A stretch of DNA of 64,000 bases, taken from contig CBFFSA010000002.1 of the NCBI GenBank assembly GCA_965644495.1, positions 186,001-250,000 on the forward strand, in the 5' to 3' direction. Positions 43,737 through 54,393 of this stretch are shown piece by piece; position 1 is the stretch's first letter; the number at the start of each line of letters is the position of its first letter. This DNA comes from Perkinsela sp. CCAP 1560/9. Its lineage: Eukaryota; Protista; Euglenozoa: Kinetoplastea. Position numbers and translations under genes: made by a program. The notes under the pieces are model-generated. The model saw only the letters and a list, made by a program, of their open reading frames with translations. It was not told the DNA's origin and did not search any database.

Positions 43737-44862
43737 TAAGGCTTCCCTATAATGTTTTAGTACCAAGGAGGTGAATGAGTTTATACACTTCCCTGGCTTC
43801 AGAATTTTGAAATGCACACGTTACCACTACTTTTAGTAGACTTTTTCGAAGTTTTTTCTCCAGCAAAACTATCAACTTTCGGCATAACTATTTTTTGATG
43901 AAATACAGTAGAAACGTATCCTAAACGAGTAGAAAATACAGTAGAAACGTATCCGAAACCTTCTAGTTCCAAATTTTATTTTGAGCTTGTATACCTTTTG
44001 ATGGATCTTCCTCCCGACGACACTGTGTCTTCTGAAGACATGTATGCCAGCTCTTCTTCTCCCATCTACCACCGTTTGCGCAAATGGGTAAGCCACAAGT
44101 TGCGCGAAACAATGATTATGCCTTTGACTCGCAAGGAAATAATAAACTTGAATTTCGTTGGTCTTTCGGATGTAGAGAAGAACAAGATCAAATACGCGGA
44201 GAAACGTCTTCCTGCGCAAAAAATCATGGGGCGCATAGAAGAGGGTGTCCTACATACTTGCTGATCGTCGTCAGCAGCTTCAGGTTGGGTCAGAGACTTG
44301 CCTAAAAACACTTTGCGAAATTCCTACAGATGAAACAATCCTACTTGAGGTATTGGTTTCGATGGCAAAGACCCGTGACGCGGGACTCATGTTCTACAAA
44401 GATGCCATAAAATGGCGTTACGTTACATCATGGCGTTAAGGAACGAGAGATGGAGAATTACTGGCGATGGAACAGTCCAGAGGGCAAGTGGAAACTTGTA
44501 CTTCAGGTTTTACCTGTGGACTCGTTAGCTAAGGATATGGATAAGTTCCTTAGGCAGTACTATGATGGGAAGTATGAGCATTCTCATCGCTCCTCTAAAG
44601 AACTTAGAATTCGATCTGCAAAGTCTACTCCCACACTCGTTCACAATGTCTGCGCCTTACCGAGATGTCCTTCTTGGATGTCAGACCTTGTATGTCTGCA
44701 TCACATGCCTTTACAGGATACGACGCTGGTATTGTTTCATCCTTATCCGTACGAATCGGGTGCACAAGCTTACAAAAGTTCGCGTCATTGAGTGTCATTC
44801 ACCTCAATTTAAGCTATGAACAGGCTACGGTCGTCCTACTTCCGTGTCTCGGCAAAAAAAGG

Positions 44863-46551
44863 TCACAGACGAAGTACAAGAGACCTAAGACGATTCAAGG
44901 CTCCGGACATTTCAAAGCGCCGCACACGACTTGAAAACCCCAATGGAAACCAGCTTTTGCCTGTTTGGGGCTCAACTTCTGGCCTAGTCTCGAATTTTTC
45001 TCCAATGGATTTCAAGCAAGAATTCGATGGCTTTTCCTCCGCAAGCCTGAGCAAGGCTTGTGCGATAAAATTCGCTTGTGCGGGTTCCACAAGTTGTTCC
45101 AGGTGAGAAATGTCAACTTCCTCCGTCCCACACTGAATGTAGCCTCGGGTAGCTTTGACCCTTGGGCTGTCTTTATTCAGACACCAAAAACTGCGCCCAA
45201 CTTCAACCCATCGATCCCGAGGAAGCACCAGCGGAGTGCTGGGTTTAGGAGGGAGGCTGCAAAGTCCGGGGGACTCACGTAATATCTCTGTGACCTGATC
45301 AGTAAGGTCATCACATCTGTACCCCTGCAACCCCAACACCGTGTCTGCGACGTGCAGGTACTGCCCCGACCCCCCAACAACCAGAATAATAGATACGCCA
45401 TGGGTACGAAATAATTCCCGCACACGAGACACAAACGGCACAATTGGCTCCGCCTCCACGACCCTCGCTATCAACGCATCCCGAACCATAAAATTCGTCG
45501 CCGAGGTATCCTCATCCACCAAAAGCGTCTGCGCCCCACATTCCAACGCCTCCGCAATATTCGCCGCCTGACTCGTCGACCCACTCGCATCCGGTGAACA
45601 AAACACCGCCGTATTCGCCCCCGACGGCACCTCCTTAATAAACGACCCAATATCCACGCTCGTCACCACACGTCGATCCTCCGCTCGAATCTTACACGCC
45701 GTCGGGTCCGTCACCACAAACTCTCTCCCATCCCCGGGCAAATGATTATACACCCCCACCTGCAACGCCCTCAACAGGGTCGATTTCCAATGAAACCCAC
45801 CCCCCGTAATCACAACCACCCCACGCGGAATCCCCATCCCCGTCACCACCCTCCCCGACGGCAGCCGCACCGTTTTCTCCAGCCTCTTCGGGGACGCGAA
45901 CGGGAGGGCCCCGGGCAGCGCCGTGTCCACCGTCCCCGAGGCCCTGGGGAGCACCGCCCCATTGGCCACGAACCCACACAGCCCCCTCCCCGGGAGGGCG
46001 TCCCGCAGCGCCTGCTGGTCACCCACGTGGGTGAGGTAGTCCCCCATGTGGGCGGGGGGGACGCGGCTGAGGTGAGTGAGAACCCGCAGGGGGGCGTGCA
46101 CTAAGGCCCGGGCACACCCCGGGGCGTCGACACGACGGTGGGGACCGGGGAGCGCGACCCGGCAGCGGAGCTCCACGCCCCCGGCGGGGGTGAGAAGCAC
46201 CGCGGAGCGCTGGAGGATGTGCTGGGAGGGGGGGAGGAGCTCAAGGGGGGGGAGGGGGCTGGGGAGCGCCCCGTGGGCACGGCGAAGGAGGTAGTCCGCG
46301 GCGGCGATGTGGGAGATGTGGGTGGGGTCGGAGAGGTTAAGGGGGAGGGAGGTGAGGAAGGGGAGGGAGCAGCGTAGGGTGAGTTGGCTGCCCGGGGCGA
46401 AGGGGTCGGGTTGGACTCGGGTGAGTTCGCCCTGGAAGAGGGAGTTCCCCCCCAGGCTGTATTTGATGCCTTGGAGATTGCGCAGGGTGCTGTAGGGGGC
46501 TTCGTGCATTCTCTGCAGCCGTTTATCCATCGGTTCTGCGTTTCCGATCAT
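44863..46551 (-). CDS. ABC-class P-loop ATPase (PF09818 type), MRB1590-like
   Basis: VQPDPFAP, FVANGAVLPRASG, GVYNHLPGDGRE, ASGSTSQAA, DEDTSATNFM, ALNRLR. Confidence 0.9.
   Translation of the reverse strand: MIGNAEPMDKRLQRMHEAPYSTLRNLQGIKYSLGGNSLFQGELTRVQPDPFAPGSQLTLRCSLPFLTSLPLNLSDPTHISHIAAADYLLRRAHGALPSPLPPLELLPPSQHILQRSAVLLTPAGGVELRCRVALPGPHRRVDAPGCARALVHAPLRVLTHLSRVPPAHMGDYLTHVGDQQALRDALPGRGLCGFVANGAVLPRASGTVDTALPGALPFASPKRLEKTVRLPSGRVVTGMGIPRGVVVITGGGFHWKSTLLRALQVGVYNHLPGDGREFVVTDPTACKIRAEDRRVVTSVDIGSFIKEVPSGANTAVFCSPDASGSTSQAANIAEALECGAQTLLVDEDTSATNFMVRDALIARVVEAEPIVPFVSRVRELFRTHGVSIILVVGGSGQYLHVADTVLGLQGYRCDDLTDQVTEILRESPGLCSLPPKPSTPLVLPRDRWVEVGRSFWCLNKDSPRVKATRGYIQCGTEEVDISHLEQLVEPAQANFIAQALLRLAEEKPSNSCLKSIGEKFETRPEVEPQTGKSWFPLGFSSRVRRFEMSGALNRLRSLVLRL
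45330..46500. other. GC-rich skew-flip island 3
   Basis: C/A-rich to ~46020, G-rich from ~46130. Confidence 0.85.
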
Positions 46552-46821
46552 GAGGAGTGGTGAGAAAGTACACGCTACATAAAAATTGAAAGTCTAGGCA
46601 TATTTAATAGCGTTGGGAGAATTGTGTGGGTTGCAAGGTATGTAAAAGTTACCAATACGTAAAAACAGATTTTTGCAATTTAAAGTTATAATTTGAAACC
46701 TTATAATTTCATACTTTAAACTTGATTTTTATTCTCCTTCTATCTGTACTTCCTTACTTCAATACACCTCACCACCACTCCTTACCCTTTCTCTTCTTAT
46801 GCAGCAACCCAGCAATTTTAC

Positions 46822-47793
46822 TTAGTCGAACAATCCCAGGCCCATATCCTCATCCTCTTCCTCGGCTTCCTCTTCCTGGACTGCGGCGGCCTCTGTCTTA
46901 CTGGCGGCATCACCACTGGCGGCCCCAGCGGCGGGGGCCAGCGATTTGCCACTGCGAATGGCTTCCACGATTTCCTCCCCGCTGAATTCGGGAAAAGAGT
47001 ACCCAGTGCCAAGCGAGATGGCCAACAAGTTCTTGAATGCACGGGTGGCGACATGAGGCATGGAGGACACGGTGGGGATGCCAGTGGCAAGAGCTAGGGA
47101 GGTGACATTGCGCAGCGCAGTCTGGATGTTTTCCCGGAAGAAGTCGTCGTTGAGCTCAAGGATGTCCGAGCCAAACACAGTGCCGTTGTCGAACACGAAC
47201 TTTATCTCTAGCCCGTAGAAGAAGGGTTTGATCTTTAGCTTTTGCAACAGCACGGCCGTGGAGTTGTCTACCTTGTCCCCGGTCGTAAGAACCTTTTTCT
47301 CGGTCAGAATCTCCACTGCCCCCTTCACGATCTTGGTGTTGATCGAGAGCGCCTGGAAGAAGGTGGTCATGCCGGGCTCCAGACCGGTGTTCCCGGCGGG
47401 AATCACCACGTCCAGAGGGGCGATCGCCCCGACGCGAGAAGGAGCCTGAATGCGGTTCAAACGGATCACTTCCTGAATGACATCAAACTCCTCGTTGGTG
47501 AAGATGATACCGAGATTTCCCACCAGAGAACCAGCCTCGATGACCTTTTCCAGGAGTTCCTTGTCTTGCTGCGTGGCGTCTTCCGAGGACGCACGCATGC
47601 GAATGGCTTTGCGCATCAGAGTGTTCTTCCCCATAAGGATCTCCCCTTTTCCTCGAAGCCCCTTGCGAATGTTGTGCATTTGTTGGGACTGCACGTTGTC
47701 GACGTTACAGAAGATAAGGCGGCGGTGGGTCGCGACAAGATCGGCCATACGATCGAGGTAGTTTGCTTTCTTTTCGGAAAAGACGCGCACCAT
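46822..47793 (-). CDS. RPLP0: 60S acidic ribosomal protein P0 (uL10)
   Basis: DNVQSQQM, LMGKNTLMRKAI, GNTGLEP, C-terminal EEEDEDMGLGLFD. Confidence 0.98.
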   Translation of the reverse strand: MVRVFSEKKANYLDRMADLVATHRRLIFCNVDNVQSQQMHNIRKGLRGKGEILMGKNTLMRKAIRMRASSEDATQQDKELLEKVIEAGSLVGNLGIIFTNEEFDVIQEVIRLNRIQAPSRVGAIAPLDVVIPAGNTGLEPGMTTFFQALSINTKIVKGAVEILTEKKVLTTGDKVDNSTAVLLQKLKIKPFFYGLEIKFVFDNGTVFGSDILELNDDFFRENIQTALRNVTSLALATGIPTVSSMPHVATRAFKNLLAISLGTGYSFPEFSGEEIVEAIRSGKSLAPAAGAASGDAASKTEAAAVQEEEAEEEDEDMGLGLFD

Positions 47794-47936
47794 TGGAAAG
47801 AACTGTGTAGAGAGACGGTTAAGAATCTATTGAATTAGAAATATGATGTTAAAATAGTCCGATTTTCAAATAATATAAGCTGGCATACACAGTCAATCAT
47901 GTATAGCAGCATGTGCCAATCTTACAATTGTAACTT

Positions 47937-48770
47937 TCAGCCATGTGCTGAAGAAGGAAGAAATCCGGCGTACAAGAGCCATCTATCCCGATCCTCTGCA
48001 CTTTGAGGATTAAAAGGGCTATACGGGTATAACACCTCTGATGACGCATAAACAGGTTTCGTGGTATGAACGTCTATGAATGGTCGACTGGGCATGCGAA
48101 CTCCGAGAAAAGAAGCCCGGTTCTTGTTTTCCTGTGTGGGAATCCAAATTTGATAGATGGTGTTCGCTGCATGAACAGAATCTCCGTGATTCGCTAAATC
48201 AAGAAACGGGACTAACCTGATCCTCTTTTTCGAAAAGTGGCTTCGAGAGAGAACTGCAATCAATGCCCATGGTTCCACATCGGATCGAAGTCTTATTGCG
48301 GATTCGTAGAAGTGCCACTGTGCTCGGGCCCCGGGGGTCTGCAAGCGCGACAGAGTTTCCTGTGAAAGCAAAGGTAGAACTGGTTGCTGTTTTACCTTTT
48401 TTGCATGTAGAAACGTAGCGTGTTCGGGGTCCGCGGCAGCTTTTTGAAGAGCCCTAGCAACAGATAGGACACCGTCTTCCGTGGTGTATATACTAGACTG
48501 CTTGAGAGGTTGTGATTCATAGCACAATTCAAGCGGTATACGTAAGAGAAGCGTACCAGCTTTGAGAAAGAAATCGGTAGTTTTTGAGCTCGACAATAAT
48601 TTTGATCCTTTGATTGTCTTCAGAGACGAGCAACCATCATCGGAGTCGGATGAACATGGCTCAAAGAAAATCCCAAGACCATGTAACTGACTCTTTTTAA
48701 GCTTTAGATTCGGGTGTATATAGAGACCTCGCAGAATGCCTTTTTGAGCAGCAAGCGAATTCAATAACAT
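47937..48770 (-). CDS. SET-domain methyltransferase-like protein
   Basis: HGLGIF, VLSR, LVPFLDLANH, EVLYPY. Confidence 0.75.
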   Translation of the reverse strand: MLLNSLAAQKGILRGLYIHPNLKLKKSQLHGLGIFFEPCSSDSDDGCSSLKTIKGSKLLSSSKTTDFFLKAGTLLLRIPLELCYESQPLKQSSIYTTEDGVLSVARALQKAAADPEHATFLHAKKVKQQPVLPLLSQETLSRLQTPGARAQWHFYESAIRLRSDVEPWALIAVLSRSHFSKKRIRLVPFLDLANHGDSVHAANTIYQIWIPTQENKNRASFLGVRMPSRPFIDVHTTKPVYASSEVLYPYSPFNPQSAEDRDRWLLYAGFLPSSAHG

Positions 48771-49022
48771 GTTGGCTCAAAAAATAATGTGAACGTTTAA
48801 AAAATGAGCACACAAGTCTCGAATGATATAAATTTGAGAGTTACCGTTATTTTTTCCAATCCAATATTCCGACTACAGTATTCCATGTTCAATATGTTCT
48901 TGAATCCCGCGCTTTTCTATGGAATTTCGTTAAGGCACTCATTTTTGATGATGAAAATGAAATGTGTTGAACGGCTGTTCGGAGCTCTTTATCCGTCAGT
49001 GACCTATGGCTAAATAATCTAT

Positions 49023-50981
49023 CTAGGAAATCAATGTTTCCAAAGGATCGAATGGTGCTTCTTCCCCTATCTTAGAATCCTTCCCGTCCTTTGTTTGCTT
49101 TGCAGGGCTTTGTTCCTCGACTTCACTACCAGGTTCGTTAGATGTGACGTCGTGTCCATCCTCGGGTTCAGACTTCCAGGAATCCAGAGAGCGGATAAAA
49201 TACTTTGAGGTGACACCAAAAGTAGGGCTTAGAGTGTTAAACTGTTCAAGAAGAAGATCCTGGACCTCCCCTCGTCCCCAATTCATAAATCCAGGTGCCA
49301 AACCGGACTGTGGGTCAAGCTGAGAACTCACTACACGTTTCGCAAGATCTACATCTTTTTTTAGCAGGGTGTAGTAAAGTTGAGCGTGATAGTGAACCTC
49401 TGTGTGTGAAGGACAGAGCCGCATGGCACAATGGAGAATCTTACCCAATGTTTTTTGCATTGCTGGCGGGTGCGCAAAGAAACACTTCATGCTCGAGGTT
49501 AAAATCTCTAGCTGCACGCGCGCACATTGCTCCGAAAAAGATTCCACGAAGGATTCGAGAATGTAAGGTGATTTGTCAAGTCGGAAACTCAATTCCCCAA
49601 TGAGTTGAACAAAAAATGCAAGGGAATCCTCTTTTTCGAGATTAAGTGACCCAGAGATGTAAAAATCAATGATGGTATCAAGACACAGTTGAACCTCATC
49701 GGAAGACCTGTACTTTATCGCAATGTCACGAAGTGCCATCAATGCGTTTTCACGGAGAATCTCATTCCCGGTTGACAGAATACTGAGCATATGCCCCACT
49801 ACTTTGGACATTGTGGCATCAATTTTTAGCGCGATAGCACATGTTGCATGCAGAGCCTTGCAGGCAACCTCACTCTGTGACTCACTTTGCTCCGAGTACA
49901 CGATCATCTCACTTAAAATATTCTCTGCGTTTGATTTGAAAACCAAACGTGATAATATTTCTAACTTCAGGAGTTTCATATTTAGCGGTTCTGTGTGACG
50001 CAGGTAAAATTCGCGGTAGTGTGCCATGAAGAGGCGTGGCTCGCGAACGACAAGCAAATGAAGTTGCGAAAGACATGCATAGGAAATTTCGAAAGGTGCA
50101 GTAAGTGTGGCCGTGATCAAAGGCTCCCGTACTCGATCGATGACTTGTCTATAAAGATCTGAATCATGTTGGGAAAGTTGCATGAAAAAATTTACACAAG
50201 ATAATACCACTCCACTATGTGCACTCTGAAGTTTGTTATCCAGGAGGTTCATGATGTCATACATGTCTTCTTCTGAAGACGGAATGTACGGAGTCACCAA
50301 TTGAAGCACGATTGTTGTGTGCCATTCGTTAAAGTCGCGAATTCGATTTAGAAGACGGAAAACTAAATTTTTCGTAAGTTCCAACCCCTTTCCGTTTTCT
50401 AGCAAGAGAAGCTCTTGTACAACCATAAGCGCGTTTAATAACACATCGTTATCGGAATCTCGTAGACATGAAATAAGCGTATCTAGAAGCTGTAAACTAT
50501 GGAATACGCTCTTGTCCCGATAAAAAAGCTTAGCGGCAGCAATGACTGCCGTTTTTCTGACGTATCCGGAACGATCGTTAAATCCATTTCGTAGCAAGGG
50601 AGCTAAATATTCTACGACTTCCGGGACGTTAAGAGAACTTAGTGCACGAAGTGCAACACCACGTATGACAGGTGAGGGATCTCCACAATCTTTTTGCAAT
50701 GTGTTGACGGCCATCAAGGCCAATTCAGGGCTTTCCTCAGCTTGGGAGGATAAATAGAAATATACCATCTTCTTCTCTACGACGCTTTCTGTGGCGCATG
50801 CTAGCAACATATCCGAGAACAGTGCAGATGTGCTAATACCCTGAGTCATCAGTGATAGGACATTTTGTAGTGCTTCACGACGAAGTGCAGAATTTGGTTT
50901 AATTTTTGGGTCACGTAGCTTTTCCCGGAGCTCCTCAAGTTCCGTGTTAAACTCCCTGCTATGGGTCTTGGGGGTAGTCAT
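49023..50981 (-). CDS. Beta-adaptin, most like AP-4 beta
   Basis: KKMVYFYL, LMAVNTLQKDC, YVRKTA, YDIMNLLD, FNTLS. Confidence 0.85.
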   Translation of the reverse strand: MTTPKTHSREFNTELEELREKLRDPKIKPNSALRREALQNVLSLMTQGISTSALFSDMLLACATESVVEKKMVYFYLSSQAEESPELALMAVNTLQKDCGDPSPVIRGVALRALSSLNVPEVVEYLAPLLRNGFNDRSGYVRKTAVIAAAKLFYRDKSVFHSLQLLDTLISCLRDSDNDVLLNALMVVQELLLLENGKGLELTKNLVFRLLNRIRDFNEWHTTIVLQLVTPYIPSSEEDMYDIMNLLDNKLQSAHSGVVLSCVNFFMQLSQHDSDLYRQVIDRVREPLITATLTAPFEISYACLSQLHLLVVREPRLFMAHYREFYLRHTEPLNMKLLKLEILSRLVFKSNAENILSEMIVYSEQSESQSEVACKALHATCAIALKIDATMSKVVGHMLSILSTGNEILRENALMALRDIAIKYRSSDEVQLCLDTIIDFYISGSLNLEKEDSLAFFVQLIGELSFRLDKSPYILESFVESFSEQCARVQLEILTSSMKCFFAHPPAMQKTLGKILHCAMRLCPSHTEVHYHAQLYYTLLKKDVDLAKRVVSSQLDPQSGLAPGFMNWGRGEVQDLLLEQFNTLSPTFGVTSKYFIRSLDSWKSEPEDGHDVTSNEPGSEVEEQSPAKQTKDGKDSKIGEEAPFDPLETLIS

Positions 50982-51259
50982 TGAAAGCGTCACGAAAAAG
51001 TACTATGACATTGCCAGCAAGCGACCAAAATATAAAAAGAAAAGTGCTATCTGTATAGGTAAAATCATTTGATTCATGTACCCCATCTTTTCACACCACT
51101 TCAACATCGTGTTAACATTTAGCCATGATTTTTTTGCAGTAAAAATATTTGCTTCAGCATTTTTACAGTAACTTATCCCTAGATCCTTAACTCTTTTCTA
51201 CCAACCTCTTCCTACTCTTCGCTTATTTCCTTTCCCCTTTCGAAAGAGTAACTACTCAC

Positions 51260-51826
51260 TTACTCTTCCTCCTCCTCCTTTCTGCCACGACCCTTTGCAA
51301 GTTTCACCCGGCGGCACCGTGCGATCTTGCCACTCACCAGCGGACTCTGTGCCGCCAACGCAATGTGCTTCTCACTCGTCACCCGTACCATGAACGAGGG
51401 CACCGTCACAATCTGTTTCCCCACGGCAATATGTCGCTGGCGTACCATCACTCGGGCATGGTGAATCGACTTTGCGAGTCCGAGCTTAAACACAATCGTC
51501 TGCAGCCGGCGCTCAAGGATATCGGTGACGCCCAGGGAGAGCACGTAGTCGAGCTTGTGTTTGTCCGCAGAGAGCAGACCTGTTTCCTGACATCGTCGTA
51601 ACAGGGCTGCGCCCTCGAGTTGTCGTCGCGGGTGGTCCTCGGGGAGGGTCAACAGAATACGTGCGGTACGACGAAGCTTGGAAAGAAAAAGGTTGACACG
51701 CCAGATTTCTTTCTTACAACGCAGGCCGTACTCGCCGCAGAGTTTGAGTTCACGGTCGAGACGTTCACGTTCGAAAGGACGGCGGGGGTTCTTGCGGACC
51801 CGGTTGCAGTTGCGGTAGTTGCGCAT
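51260..51826 (-). CDS. RPS9: 40S ribosomal protein S9 (uS4)
   Basis: [26 protein letters not shown]. Confidence 0.98.
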   Translation of the reverse strand: MRNYRNCNRVRKNPRRPFERERLDRELKLCGEYGLRCKKEIWRVNLFLSKLRRTARILLTLPEDHPRRQLEGAALLRRCQETGLLSADKHKLDYVLSLGVTDILERRLQTIVFKLGLAKSIHHARVMVRQRHIAVGKQIVTVPSFMVRVTSEKHIALAAQSPLVSGKIARCRRVKLAKGRGRKEEEEE

Positions 51827-52448
51827 GGGTGGGAATACGGTTTAAAAATGGGGGAAAATATAGTTTTAAGGAAAATAAAAATGTAGGAAGGGTTGAAATT
51901 CGATATTAATGGATGTGAAAATACATGATATGCGACGATTGGTCGAATAGAATTAAAGAATTCTAAGACTCACGATTCTAGTCTCATGAATACGTGCAAA
52001 TTTTATTAGTTAGTATTTACTAATCAAATTGGAGATGAATCAGTTGCAAGACTTACAACTTGTTGCACAAAGTGTTACAATTTGTTAATAAATGTATTTA
52101 ATAAGAAGTGTAATTAAGTTTAAATACTACAAAAGGTGCACTTTTTCGGGCGTACTACGTTGTATGATCAACCGACGCATTTAAGCTTCTCAACTAAACA
52201 GGACAATAGCTTCTTACCACATGTATTTTTCTGTCGACGGGTTTCACTACATGATAAGAGATTACATCATAAGGGTTGTATATCAATAGGTGTTTTCATA
52301 GCGAAGCAAGAAATAATTTCTTGAAAAATATAGAACTTGTTGCACTACGGCGTATGATATTGTGTTGATACTACGAATGTTTCTTGTATTCAAAAAAATA
52401 TATTGCATACTGTACACGAACCAACCCGGTGTCTTCAAGATTACTTCT

Positions 52449-53294
52449 CTATAAGCCCACAAACTTGGTCTTTTCTAGTGACTTTCCCTTTTCCCATAAT
52501 TTTTGACGATTTTCGGCCACGTTCAACACGCCGTTCGGATGGCCATTGAGAAGCCTCTGTACGCGACTTAATGAAGGTGTATGTGCATCATAACCGCAAT
52601 CCTCTTTACATCCATTGAAGAGAGTTTCTAATATGTGACATTTACTACAGAAAGGACATTTTTTACTTCCATGTAGCTCAGATGAAGAAAATGTAGCATG
52701 ATATTTAGAGACACATGGACACATGACCATAAAGGACCCAGATGGCTTTTTACTTGATTGCAGCGCTGCTTTGGGAGAAAGACCCGTCGAGCTGAATCGG
52801 GTCTCCTCACCGGGAAAACTTTTTGGTTTGCATGAGGTCTTCAGGGTTGTTTCTATAGCAGTTGATGATTTCATACTCTTAGTCTCATCGTATACGGGCT
52901 TCAAAGGTTGAGTAGGTGCAGAAGTTAATGTCGCACTACGTGACAACTTCGAATGAGCAAAGAAGGGAAGAGCCATGTGAGAAGGGGTGGTAAGTTGGGA
53001 GGCTGGTGGAATAGATTTCGCATTTTCCTTTTCACAAATTTTCGCATCGTTTTGTGTTTTTTCTAATTCATTGACCCGACTTGTAAGACTGTCTATTTTT
53101 TCCATAAGGGTAGAAGCCCATTGTGGAGGAGTTTCTGTACTCTCAGGTAATGTTTTCAACATTGATCGACACTCTTTGCTTTTAGGTGAAGCTACTTTTG
53201 AGTTCACCGACCTCTTTGCATTGCTCTGTATTTTCTTCAGTTTTCCTTTTTGAGAGACCTTCGGCTTCGATGTAATTTTGTGCTTTGGCGACAT
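52449..53294 (-). CDS. Hypothetical K/S/T-rich protein with Cys/His-rich C-terminal domain
   Basis: Short coiled coil; CPC..H, CPFC..CH, C...C....H. Confidence 0.7.
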   Translation of the reverse strand: MSPKHKITSKPKVSQKGKLKKIQSNAKRSVNSKVASPKSKECRSMLKTLPESTETPPQWASTLMEKIDSLTSRVNELEKTQNDAKICEKENAKSIPPASQLTTPSHMALPFFAHSKLSRSATLTSAPTQPLKPVYDETKSMKSSTAIETTLKTSCKPKSFPGEETRFSSTGLSPKAALQSSKKPSGSFMVMCPCVSKYHATFSSSELHGSKKCPFCSKCHILETLFNGCKEDCGYDAHTPSLSRVQRLLNGHPNGVLNVAENRQKLWEKGKSLEKTKFVGL

Positions 53295-53733
53295 AAGCTT
53301 ATTTTAAAATTTATAAAAAAGAGAGTTTAGTTAACAGTATGAGTGCTAAATATGTTAATACGTAAAGGTCATCCCACAATTTGTCCAAAAAGTGCCAAAA
53401 TTTGCTACTTATAAAGCATGTAAATATTCTTACGAATACCATAAATAACTTTTGAGATCAGTATTTTACAAGTTCGTGTGGATCAGAAGAGTGAAAAAAG
53501 TATCATGTAAAAAATGCCATGTACACTGACGTAAGAAAGAAATCTATTTAACATATAGGATCACTCGGAGTCATATGCCGAAAACGTGTGATAAATGTAC
53601 ACTGGACAATCTTATTCGATTGCGAAGATAATTTTTAGTAGATAGTTTCTCAAAAATTGTACTTTGCAGAATGTAGAATTTTCTTTTTTTAATTGACAAT
53701 TATACATATTTTTAAAACCCTAAAAGACTTGCT

Positions 53734-54231
53734 TCATGATGGTATATAGAATTTCTTACTTCCTGCAGAAGTCAGGCAGCCAACATGTGCGGCACTAATC
53801 TTCGTGTATTGCCATACATGAGAGCGGTGATCCCAAGGCGAATTGTTAATGGCCTCCTCCCACTCCTTGTTCATAAACTTTCGCCATGTCGGTGAGGTTG
53901 CTGGTACCCAGCGGTTGTAGTAATACCATATGAGACCCATGTTAACGACGGTTTGCACCATCATGACAAGCAGACAATTCATCCACATGTGCCTGTGAAA
54001 TTTCACGCCGTCTCCGAGGAACTTTTTGGAATACTTCATATTTTTCACTGTATCCACGTGATCACGGAAGGCTTGGGGGTTCTTGAACATGGCCATTGTC
54101 TCCGGGTGATAATACGTCTCTTGGTGCAATCGCCAGAGAGGAACAAATCGAAAATCACGCCAAGCCGGAGTGCGTGCACGAAGTTCAGCGATCGTGGTCG
54201 CAGGATGCCACGTCCCGAAAGGCCGGGGCAT
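53734..54231 (-). CDS. Kinetoplastid mitochondrial membrane protein, probably cytochrome c oxidase subunit VII (from recall)
   Basis: MPRPFGTWHPATTIAELRAR N-terminus recalled from trypanosomatid COX VII; single TM. Confidence 0.6.
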   Translation of the reverse strand: MPRPFGTWHPATTIAELRARTPAWRDFRFVPLWRLHQETYYHPETMAMFKNPQAFRDHVDTVKNMKYSKKFLGDGVKFHRHMWMNCLLVMMVQTVVNMGLIWYYYNRWVPATSPTWRKFMNKEWEEAINNSPWDHRSHVWQYTKISAAHVGCLTSAGSKKFYIPS

Positions 54232-54393
54232 TCGCAATAATAATAAAACGAAAAAACAAATGTAGCACCTATGCGACTTAATGTATCTTCACTCACAAAA
54301 TTGAAGTTGCTATCAGATGTATACATGTGTATGGTACACGCGTATGACACAAATAATTCCCACTTCTTTCGTTGAAAAAGAAATTCACCAAAA

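Noticed and set aside
47242-47838. Long antisense ORFs over RPLP0, RPL10A and LeuRS
   Set aside because: Shadow ORFs from codon bias in conserved genes.
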